Positions 17,381-25,222 of a stretch of 35,955 bases of DNA are shown here, one piece after another. Both the position numbers and the translations under genes were made by a program. Within the stretch, counting starts at the first letter, position 1, and the number at the start of each line of letters is the position of its first letter. The stretch comes from Patescibacteria group bacterium (GTDB taxonomy: Bacteria; Patescibacteriota; Minisyncoccia; Phycocordibacterales; UBA9973). The notes under the pieces were generated by a model. It was not told where the DNA came from. It saw only the letters and a program-made list of their open reading frames with translations, and searched no databases. The stretch covers positions 1 through 35,955 of the forward strand of contig JBBUEH010000023.1 of NCBI GenBank assembly GCA_038078255.1, written 5' to 3'.

Positions 17381-17719
17381 ATGATCAAAAAACAAAAAAT
17401 AAAAAAATATAGTTTTTCAAAGGAAGAACTAGGAAAATTTAATCCTATTAGTTTTATTGAAGACCTTAAAGAATCAATGAAAGATTCTAAGTTTCGCGAG
17501 GCTTATAAAAACCTGGAATCCGAGTATTCTTTAATTAGGCAAATTATGGAAAGCAGAATTAAGAAAAACATTTCTCAAAAAATGCTTGCCAAGAGATTGG
17601 GCACAGGACAGTCTGCAGTGTCACGCTTGGAGTCCGGGACTTATAATCCAACATTTAAATTTGCGCAAAAACTCGCAAAAGCGCTCGAGACCGATTTGAC
17701 GATTACTTTTGGTAAATAA
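17381..17719 (+). CDS. XRE-family HTH antitoxin (HigA-like)
   Basis: SQKMLAKRLGTGQSAVSRLESGTYNPT helix-turn-helix, directly after the toxin. Confidence 0.85.
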   Translation: MIKKQKIKKYSFSKEELGKFNPISFIEDLKESMKDSKFREAYKNLESEYSLIRQIMESRIKKNISQKMLAKRLGTGQSAVSRLESGTYNPTFKFAQKLAKALETDLTITFGK

Positions 17720-17757
17720 AATGAAAATTCCAATTAATTTACTAAAAGAATATCAAA

Positions 17758-18183
17758 ATGAAAATCAAAGTTAAAAAACTTCATAAAGACGCAAAGTTGC
17801 CTACTCATGGACATCCAGGAGATGCAGGAATGGATTTCTATTGCGTGGAAGATGTTATTTTTCCACCTGGGAAACAAGAGAGAGTGCACACTGGCGTGGC
17901 GATTGAAATTCCGGAAGGCTTCGTTGGACTAATCTGGGACAAATCAAGCATTTCTTTTAACTTGGGACTCAAGGTGATGGGAGGAGTGATAGATTCCAGT
18001 TATAGAGGGGAAATTATCATGAATCTTTTGAATGTTTCTGACAAAGAAGTTTTAATGACGAAAGATCATAAAATTGCGCAAATGGTAATTCAAAATTTTG
18101 AGCATTGTGATATTCTAGAAGTAGAGGAACTCTCTGAAACTGTGCGAGGAGTCGGGCGAGAGGGAAGCACGGGGCATAAATAA
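17758..18183 (+). CDS. dut: Trimeric dUTPase
   Basis: DAGMDF, TGVAIEIP, GGVIDSSYRGEI, KIAQMV, RGVGREGSTG. Confidence 0.93.
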   Translation: MKIKVKKLHKDAKLPTHGHPGDAGMDFYCVEDVIFPPGKQERVHTGVAIEIPEGFVGLIWDKSSISFNLGLKVMGGVIDSSYRGEIIMNLLNVSDKEVLMTKDHKIAQMVIQNFEHCDILEVEELSETVRGVGREGSTGHK

Positions 18184-18185
18184 CT

Positions 18186-19943
18186 ATGAAAAAAGTAATA
18201 AAAAATTTAATCAGAGAAGCCTTAAAGAATTTAAACATAGAAGATGTGGATTTTGTTGTGGAGCATCCAGAAGATCTAGAGAATGGGGATTATTCTACGA
18301 ATGTGGCCATGGTGTGCGCGAAGAATATGGGAGCTAATCCAAAAGAATTAGCCGAAAAAATAGTTTCTGAATTAAGGTCGAACCTTAAGAATTCAAAAAG
18401 GTTCGACCTTGGGGAAATTTCAAAAATTGAAGTGGCTGGCGCTGGGTTTATTAATATCTATTTATCTCCCAAATTCTTTCGTGGAAGTATTGAGGAAATT
18501 CTAAATAATAAAAAATTTGCTCAAAATCATCTTTTCTCTGGCCAGAAAATAATGATTGAATACACCGATCCGAATCCTTTCAAGCCCTTTCATATTGGAC
18601 ATTTGATGACGAATGCGATAGGAGAGTCCGTGGCGAGAATTCTAGAATCTTCTGGCGCTACGGTTTTCCGAGCAAATTATCAGGGGGATGTGGGCTTGCA
18701 TGTGGCGAAAGCTATTTGGGGTTTACGAAAACGAGGATTACCAAATCCAGATTTTTCAACTGCTGCGAAAGCAAATTACATAGGAGAATGTTATTCCTTG
18801 GGTGCTGGAGAGTATGAACCTATCTACCTAGGTGACGCAGAAAAAGAATCTCCTGCAAAAAAAGAAATAGATGCAATAAATAAAAAAATCTACGATCATA
18901 GCGATAAAAAAATAAATGCAATCTATGATTGGGGATTTAAGGTAACGATGGAAGCTTTTGAAGATTTGTACAAAATACTTGGAACAAAATTTGATTTTTA
19001 TTTTCTAGAAAGTCAGATGGCGCCTATTGGAGAAGGTATTGTGAAAGACAATTTAGGAAAAGTATTTGAGGAAAGTGACGGCGCTATTGTTTTTAAGGCG
19101 GAGAAACACGACCCCAAACTTCATACTAGAGTTTTTATTACATCGCAAAATTTGCCGATGTATGAAACTAAAGAATTAGGTTTAACGATAGAAAAATTTA
19201 AAACAAAACCTGACCTTGATTTTTCTATTGTAGTGACAGCCAATGAACAGGCAGATTATATGAGAGTTGTGGCCAGAGCTCTTTCTTTGATTTATCCAAA
19301 ATATACAGATAAAATGAAACATATCACTCACGGCATGATGCGACTTTCTTCGGGGAAAATGTCTTCGAGAAAGGGTAATGTTGTGACAGGAGAATTGCTC
19401 ATTCGAGATACAATTGATCTTGTTTCTGAAAGGTTGAAAGATCATGATTGGGATGAAGAGCAGAAAAACAAAATTGCTGAGCAAGTTGGTGTAGCCGCAA
19501 TAAAATATTCAATATTAAAACAATCAATTAGTGGAGATATTATGTATGATTTTGAGAAATCGATTTCTTTTGAAGGTGATTCGGGGCCGTATCTGCAATA
19601 TTCCTATGCTCGAGCAAATTCTGTAATAGAAAAAGCGAAAAAAGAAAATATTTTACCAGATCCACATATTCAAGATACGCCTGTCGAAGTTTTCGAAATT
19701 GAAAAAATGTTGTATAGATTTCCGGAAGTTGTTTTGCGATCTGCCTCCGAATACGAACCACATTACATTGCAAATTATCTCATTGAAATTGCTCGGGCCT
19801 TTAACAGTTTTTATGGGAATACCCTCATCATAGATATAACAGACAAAACCTCGCCGTATAAAGTTGCTTTAACCTTCGCTTTTTCTTTTGTGATGAAAAA
19901 AGGCTTGCATTTATTAGGCATTGAAGCTCCGGAGAAGATGTGA
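18186..19943 (+). CDS. argS: Arginyl-tRNA synthetase
   Basis: GDYSTNVA, AGAGFIN, PNPFKPFHIGH, KMSSRKG, GDSGPYLQY, C-terminal GIEAPEKM. Confidence 0.97.
   Translation: MKKVIKNLIREALKNLNIEDVDFVVEHPEDLENGDYSTNVAMVCAKNMGANPKELAEKIVSELRSNLKNSKRFDLGEISKIEVAGAGFINIYLSPKFFRGSIEEILNNKKFAQNHLFSGQKIMIEYTDPNPFKPFHIGHLMTNAIGESVARILESSGATVFRANYQGDVGLHVAKAIWGLRKRGLPNPDFSTAAKANYIGECYSLGAGEYEPIYLGDAEKESPAKKEIDAINKKIYDHSDKKINAIYDWGFKVTMEAFEDLYKILGTKFDFYFLESQMAPIGEGIVKDNLGKVFEESDGAIVFKAEKHDPKLHTRVFITSQNLPMYETKELGLTIEKFKTKPDLDFSIVVTANEQADYMRVVARALSLIYPKYTDKMKHITHGMMRLSSGKMSSRKGNVVTGELLIRDTIDLVSERLKDHDWDEEQKNKIAEQVGVAAIKYSILKQSISGDIMYDFEKSISFEGDSGPYLQYSYARANSVIEKAKKENILPDPHIQDTPVEVFEIEKMLYRFPEVVLRSASEYEPHYIANYLIEIARAFNSFYGNTLIIDITDKTSPYKVALTFAFSFVMKKGLHLLGIEAPEKM
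18374..18410. repeat. Inverted doublet of AAGG-N5-CCTT units in frame in argS
   Basis: aaggtcgaacctt-N11-aaggttcgacctt, a perfect 13-bp inverted repeat; read as RSNLKNSKRFDL. Confidence 0.8.
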
Positions 19944-19967
19944 ATTATTCAATTAAATCGTAGCTCA

Positions 19968-20273
19968 TCAATCCTCCCGGCAAGTTTTTTTGTCTTCTGT
20001 TATTTGACCAGCATTGTATGCTATTTTCGCCGCTTCTATTCGTGTTACAAATCTATTTTTATTAGTCATAAATCCCTTAATCATGAATCCTGTTTCTAAG
20101 TTTGCGTATAAAATAAAATGTTTAAGTTCGGGATCATTTTCAATTTGGTCATCTTCTATTTTTTGATGACTTTTTCCGGTTAGAATCGTTCCATTTGGAA
20201 ATTTCACTGCTACGGCAGTTATTCGTTCCGCAACTTCTGGGTTTTGTTGTAGTATTTTTGGTGATTGATCCAT
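19968..20273 (-). CDS. Small hypothetical protein, possibly frameshifted near its 3' end
   Basis: GFMTNKNRFVTRIEAAKIAYNAGQI motif. Start at ATG 20273 has TGtTAATAT 7 nt upstream. Confidence 0.65.
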   Translation of the reverse strand: MDQSPKILQQNPEVAERITAVAVKFPNGTILTGKSHQKIEDDQIENDPELKHFILYANLETGFMIKGFMTNKNRFVTRIEAAKIAYNAGQITEDKKTCRED

Positions 20274-20302
20274 AACTATAATATTAACACATTTTATTTT
20301 AA

Positions 20303-20330
20303 TTGGCATTTCTGTATTTTATGATATACT
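20303..20330 (+). promoter_or_regulatory. Sigma70-type promoter of the ileS leader
   Basis: TTGGCA-16 nt-TATACT with TG extension, about 9 nt before T-box Stem I. Confidence 0.6.
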
Positions 20331-20448
20331 TTGAATATAGGCATGGAAGGGGAAATCACCTCTGAGCCCTGGAAAGAAAGCCTTTGGCATTAGAATCCAG
20401 CGGGTAAGCCCGTTATAGCAGTAATGAGAAGCAACCAAGGTGGTACCA

Positions 20449-20473
20449 CGATTCGACTTCGCTCATCGCAGGC
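20449..20473. repeat. TTCGAC...TCA.C.CAGGC mini-hairpin in the T-box antiterminator loop
   Basis: cgat-TC-gacttcgc-TC-atcg-caggc; similar to 33528-33551 in tatD. Confidence 0.65.
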
Positions 20474-20479
20474 GAAAAG

Positions 20480-20534
20480 AAACTCGTCCTTGTATCGTAA
20501 CTCTTTGAGTTATTGTACGGGGACGAGTTTTTTT
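20480..20534 (+). terminator. Intrinsic terminator of the ileS T-box
   Basis: aaactcgtcc...ggacgagttt stem followed by a T run; mutually exclusive with the antiterminator. Confidence 0.85.
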
Positions 20535-20586
20535 ATTGGTGAATATAGTATTCTACTATTCTATAGAATTGTAGAATAACAAAATT

Positions 20587-23500
20587 ATGGAAGAGAATAA
20601 TAAAAAAAGTGAAGCATCTCTATGCGAGGAAAAAATTCTGGAATTTTGGCGTGAGAATAATATTTTTGAAAAGTCCGTAGAGCAGAGGAAGGGCAAGAAG
20701 GAATTTATTTTCTATGATGGTCCGGTTACAGCAAATTCTAAACCAGTTCTTCATACTATGGTGCCATTCTCTTTTAAAGATGTTATTCCTCGCTACAGAA
20801 CGATGCGTGGCTATCATGTGCGTAGAAAAGGGGGCTGGGATACGCACGGTCTGCCGGTAGAATTGCAGATAGAAAAAAAACTTGGATTTAAGTCAAAAAA
20901 CGATATAGAAAATTATGGCATAGCAGCTTTCAATAAATTATGCAAAGAAAGCGTATGGGAATTTATTGATTTATGGAAAAATTTTACCAAAAGAATGGGT
21001 TATTGGGCTGATCAAGAAAATGCTTATGTAACTTATCACAACAACTACATTGAGTCCGTCTGGAATGTAGTAAAAAAAATAAACGAGCAGAAATTACTTT
21101 ATAAAGATTACAAAGTTGTACCTTGGTGTCCGAGGTGTGGTACAGCACTCTCTTCGCACGAGCTTGCGCAAGGGTATGAAGATGTGAAGGATTTGTCGGT
21201 CTATGTGAAGTTTAAAATACGCTCTATCGGTGAAAGATTTTCTCAGGTCCTCGGTTCTCCGGGTCCCTCTCCCGGCCAGACCATTCGAAAACCTTCCACC
21301 GATTCCGCTTTTATTCTGGCTTGGACAACGACACCATGGACTCTTCCCGGAAATGTGGCACTTGCAGTGGGGAAAGATATTGATTATGTGAAGGTAAAAG
21401 TTGAAAACGAAATATTAATTTTAGCTAAAGCTCGAATTGCCATTCTCGGTGAAAATCCGGAGATAATTGGCGAAATAAAAGGCAAAGATTTAATTGGCCT
21501 AGAATACGAACCGCTTTTTCCATTTTTTGCCGATACTATTTCCGAAAACGAGAAACCCAAATTAAAAAATGCGTATAAAGTTTACCTTGCGGATTTTGTA
21601 AATACAGAAGACGGCACAGGTATCGTGCATACGGCTGTAATGTATGGACAGGATGATTTTGAATTGGGAACCAAGGCTGGACTGCCTAAACATCACTTAG
21701 TAAATCCCGAAGGAAAATTTATAAAAGGTACAGGATTTTTGGAAGGTAGAGTTGTAAAACCCGCCCGAACGACTGATGCCGTTCAGTCGGGCGGGGAAAA
21801 AGATGTCGCAATTGACATAATTATAGATTTAGCACATAGGGGACTTTTATTTAAAAAAGAAAAGTACGAACATAGTTACCCGCATTGCTGGAGGTGTCAT
21901 ACAGCACTCATCTACTATGCGCGGGATTCTTGGTATATCAAAATGTCTGACCCAAAAATTAAAAAAAATTTAATAGCTCAAAATGAAAAGATAAATTGGG
22001 AACCGAAATATATCCGTGAGGGGCGTTTTGGTGAATGGCTCAGAGAAATAAAAGATTGGGCGATTTCTCGGGAGCGCTACTGGGGGACACCCCTGCCTGT
22101 TTGGCTTGATAAAAATAATAATTTTCGGGTGCTGGGAAGTTTTGAGGAACTAAAGAAATTTGTCAAAAAATCTGATAATAAATATTTCGTGATGCGTCAC
22201 GGTGGTTCTGTTGCCAATCAAAAGAATGTCGGTAGCTTGAATCCCGGAGAAGAAAATGATGTTTTGACAAGCGAGGGTAGAGAGCAGGTCAAATTACAAG
22301 CGAAAAAGTTGCCAGAAAAGCCTGATCTGATTGTTTCTTCTAACTTTATTAGGACCCAACAAACAGCAGAAACGGTGGCCGAAATTTTTGGAATTTCCAA
22401 AGAGCAAATTATCCTAAACGAAGAATTAAGAGAAGCTGGAGCTGTAAAATCACCCAATGAAAACCAAGAGGATATTCGAAAGAGAGTGATTGGGGTCTTG
22501 CAGGATTTAGAAAAAAAATACTCCGGAAAAAATATTTTAATTATTTCTCACGAGTATCCACTGCGCGTGTTTCTGTCTGCCCACGAATCTTTAAGCGAGC
22601 AAGAAGAATTCCACAATTTCAACAATAAATATCTTGTTATGCAGAATGCCGAAGTATTCCAATGTGATTTTTTACCCTTACCAAGAAATAATAATGGTCA
22701 GATAGATTTACATCGTCCATTTATTGACGATCTAGAATTGGTTGGAGAAGATGGATCTACGCTTGTTCGAGTCAAAGAAGTGATGGATGTCTGGTTTGAT
22801 TCTGGAGCGATGCCTTTTGCGCAAGATCATTATCCTTTTGAGAACAAAAAGTGGGTGGAAGGAAAGGGTTACCCGGCGGACTATATTTGTGAAGCCATAG
22901 ATCAGACTCGAGGGTGGTTTTACACGCTTCATGCGATTGGAATTTTAATGGGTCGAGGTAAAGCATATAAAAATGTTATTTGCTTGGGACACTTACTCGA
23001 TGTCACTGGTAAAAAAATGTCTAAATCTATCGGCAATGTTGTCGACCCATGGCAAGTGATGGATAAATACGGCGTGGATACATTGCGCCTCTGGATGTAT
23101 TCTGTCAATCAGCCGGGTGAATCGAAAAACTTTGATGAGAAGACAGTGGCGTTATTGCACCAGCAGGTTTTCGGCTTACTTTACAATGTACTCGCTTTTT
23201 ATGAATTATATAGAGATAAAAAAAAAGAAACCAACGACCGTCCAAAATCAAAAAATATTCTTGACCAATGGATTTTAGCTAGATTAGATGAATTAATAAA
23301 AATTTCTACAGAGAATCTCGACAATTATAAACTTCTCGAGCCTACGAGAGCAATACGAGATTTTATAGGAGATCTTTCAACTTGGTATTTGCGTCGTTCC
23401 AGAGAACGAATTAAAGAAGGGGACAAAGATGCAAAACAAACTTTGTATTTTGTTTTAAAAACTCTAGCGAAAGTCATAGCGCCATTAGCGCCATTTACAG

Positions 23501-24576
23501 CAGAAGATATTTGGTTGAGGTTGAAAAATGAAAATGACCCAGAAAGCGTACATTTAACACAATGGCCTACTCAAAAATTTAAAATTTTCTTCTTCACTAG
23601 AGCCAAAGTTTTAGAGAAAATGAAAACAGTCAGAAGTATGGTTACTCTTGGTCTTGAGGCTCGCCAGAAGTCGGGGATAAAAGTTCGCCAGCCGTTAAGT
23701 CGACTAGAGATTATAGCTGAAGAATTATCAGATCAGTATATTGATATCATTAAAGATGAATTAAATATAAAGAATATTATTTATTTATTAAAAATAAAAA
23801 TAGGTATAACTAAAGTAACTCTAAACACAGATATTACAGAGGAATTAAAAGCCGAAGGGGAATACCGAGAATTTATTAGAGAACTCCAAAACAAGCGCAA
23901 GAAGCTGGGACTAAATCCAGGGGACAAGATGGTGATGAGCATAGAGGAGATTTATAAAAAATACAAAATCATGCCGAACCTACAGGAGCACATGCTTCGA
24001 GTGGCGGCAGTGGCATCTTTGATTTGTGATAATTTCAGTGAGCCACTTCCAAAAGAAGATATTATTACTGCTTGTTTACTTCATGATATGGGGAATATAA
24101 TTAAATTTAAGTTAGATTATTTTCCGGAAGTTTTACAACCACAGGGTTTAGAATATTGGCAGAATGTTAAAGATGAGTATGTAAAAAAGTATGAAAATGA
24201 CGAGCATGTAGCTACGAATAAAATAGCTCAAGAACTTCAAGTCTCTGATGAAATTTCAGAATTAATCAATGCTGTTAGTTTTCTGGGCGCACCCAATCTT
24301 GTTTTAGGAGAAAATTTTAGTAAAAAAATTATGGAATATTGCGATGATCGAGTGAGCCCGCTTGGGGTGGTGAGTCTAGAGGAGCGACTGATGGATTTAA
24401 GAAAACGCTATAGTCACAAGAGTCATTATACGCCCGAAAAACGAGATGCCTTCGATCAGGCTATGAGGCAAATAGAAAAACAAATTTTCGCAAAGTGCAA
24501 AATTAAACCGGAAGATATAAATAATGAGACAGTCAAAACAATAATTTCAAGCTTGCGGGATTTTGTGGTAAAATAG
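20587..24576 (+). CDS. ileS: Isoleucyl-tRNA synthetase (IleRS2-type) with inserted histidine-phosphatase domain and C-terminal HD domain
   Basis: FYDGP, GWDTHGLPVE, AWTTTPWTLPGN, GTGIVHTA, YPHCWRC, DWAISRERYWGTP, DVWFDSG, EAIDQTRGWFY, KMSKS. Ile T-box upstream. Confidence 0.95.
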   Translation: MEENNKKSEASLCEEKILEFWRENNIFEKSVEQRKGKKEFIFYDGPVTANSKPVLHTMVPFSFKDVIPRYRTMRGYHVRRKGGWDTHGLPVELQIEKKLGFKSKNDIENYGIAAFNKLCKESVWEFIDLWKNFTKRMGYWADQENAYVTYHNNYIESVWNVVKKINEQKLLYKDYKVVPWCPRCGTALSSHELAQGYEDVKDLSVYVKFKIRSIGERFSQVLGSPGPSPGQTIRKPSTDSAFILAWTTTPWTLPGNVALAVGKDIDYVKVKVENEILILAKARIAILGENPEIIGEIKGKDLIGLEYEPLFPFFADTISENEKPKLKNAYKVYLADFVNTEDGTGIVHTAVMYGQDDFELGTKAGLPKHHLVNPEGKFIKGTGFLEGRVVKPARTTDAVQSGGEKDVAIDIIIDLAHRGLLFKKEKYEHSYPHCWRCHTALIYYARDSWYIKMSDPKIKKNLIAQNEKINWEPKYIREGRFGEWLREIKDWAISRERYWGTPLPVWLDKNNNFRVLGSFEELKKFVKKSDNKYFVMRHGGSVANQKNVGSLNPGEENDVLTSEGREQVKLQAKKLPEKPDLIVSSNFIRTQQTAETVAEIFGISKEQIILNEELREAGAVKSPNENQEDIRKRVIGVLQDLEKKYSGKNILIISHEYPLRVFLSAHESLSEQEEFHNFNNKYLVMQNAEVFQCDFLPLPRNNNGQIDLHRPFIDDLELVGEDGSTLVRVKEVMDVWFDSGAMPFAQDHYPFENKKWVEGKGYPADYICEAIDQTRGWFYTLHAIGILMGRGKAYKNVICLGHLLDVTGKKMSKSIGNVVDPWQVMDKYGVDTLRLWMYSVNQPGESKNFDEKTVALLHQQVFGLLYNVLAFYELYRDKKKETNDRPKSKNILDQWILARLDELIKISTENLDNYKLLEPTRAIRDFIGDLSTWYLRRSRERIKEGDKDAKQTLYFVLKTLAKVIAPLAPFTAEDIWLRLKNENDPESVHLTQWPTQKFKIFFFTRAKVLEKMKTVRSMVTLGLEARQKSGIKVRQPLSRLEIIAEELSDQYIDIIKDELNIKNIIYLLKIKIGITKVTLNTDITEELKAEGEYREFIRELQNKRKKLGLNPGDKMVMSIEEIYKKYKIMPNLQEHMLRVAAVASLICDNFSEPLPKEDIITACLLHDMGNIIKFKLDYFPEVLQPQGLEYWQNVKDEYVKKYENDEHVATNKIAQELQVSDEISELINAVSFLGAPNLVLGENFSKKIMEYCDDRVSPLGVVSLEERLMDLRKRYSHKSHYTPEKRDAFDQAMRQIEKQIFAKCKIKPEDINNETVKTIISSLRDFVVK
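21226..21303. repeat. Family A' palindromic element (78 nt, 26 codons) in frame in ileS
   Basis: 17-bp arms (15/17 complementary) around tc-a-ggtc-ctcgg...cca-gacc-at-tc; read as IGERFSQVLGSPGPSPGQTIRKPSTD. Confidence 0.85.
21760..21795. repeat. CCCGCC...GGCGGG palindromic element (36 nt) in frame in ileS
   Basis: cccgcccga...tcgggcggg arms; read as PARTTDAVQSGG. Confidence 0.8.
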
Positions 24577-24580
24577 AAAT

Positions 24581-25222
24581 ATGAAAATCAAAAAATTAGG
24601 ACATTGTTGTTTGGTCATAGAAACTAATGGTAAAAGGGTGATGACTGACCCCGGGTCTTATATGGTAGAACAGCAGGTTCAAGAAAAAAATATTACCCTT
24701 ATTATAATTACCCATGAACATCCAGATCATTATCACTTAGAATCTCTAAAGAAAGTTTTAAGAAATAATCCAAATGCAAAAATTATTACAAATAATAGTG
24801 TAGGAAAATTATTAAACGAAGCTGGAATAAAATATGAAGTTTTAGAAAATAAAATTACGAAAGAAATTTCAGGAATAGAATTTGAGGCTTATGATTGCAG
24901 ACATGAGGAAATTTTTGAAGAGATAGGGCAAGTACAGAATACTGGGTATTTTATAGATAAAAGATTATTTTACCCCGGCGACTCTTTTTATAACCCCGGC
25001 AAGCTGGTTGAAATATTAGCGCTTCCCGTGGCTGGTCCATGGACTCGAGTTAAAGATGCAATGAAATATGTATTAGATGTAAAGCCTAAAATTTGTTTTC
25101 CGGTGCATGATGGCATGCTGAGTCCCAACTTTGGAACATGCCACAGAGTGCCTTCTTTAGTTCTCCCTAAATTTAATATAATTTTTAAAACTTTTAAAGA
25201 AAATAAAGAAGAAGAATTCTAA
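24581..25222 (+). CDS. Metallo-beta-lactamase-fold hydrolase
   Basis: LGHCC, TDPG, THEHPDH, YPGDS, PVHDG. Confidence 0.88.
   Translation: MKIKKLGHCCLVIETNGKRVMTDPGSYMVEQQVQEKNITLIIITHEHPDHYHLESLKKVLRNNPNAKIITNNSVGKLLNEAGIKYEVLENKITKEISGIEFEAYDCRHEEIFEEIGQVQNTGYFIDKRLFYPGDSFYNPGKLVEILALPVAGPWTRVKDAMKYVLDVKPKICFPVHDGMLSPNFGTCHRVPSLVLPKFNIIFKTFKENKEEEF

Larger units (their letters stand above)
20340..20534 (+). promoter_or_regulatory. T-box riboswitch (Ile, ultrashort Stem I) upstream of ileS
   Basis: GGC...GCC Stem I with AUC at 20355-20357. Stem II ctgga...tccag with AGAA/UAGAA loop, cggg-taag-cccgttatagc IIA/B, T-box aaccaagg-TGGTACC-acg (bulge 20441-20447), antiterminator partner cgt-ccttg. 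Confidence 0.9.

Noticed and set aside
18827-18834. acctaggt palindrome in an apparent short ArgRS insertion (PIYLGD)
   Set aside because: Only 8 bp; cannot be told from chance without orthologs.
22177-22680. Intein or intron explaining the long ileS
   Set aside because: No Cys/Ser start with His-Asn end and no LAGLIDADG motif; the frame is continuous and the insert has phosphatase motifs.
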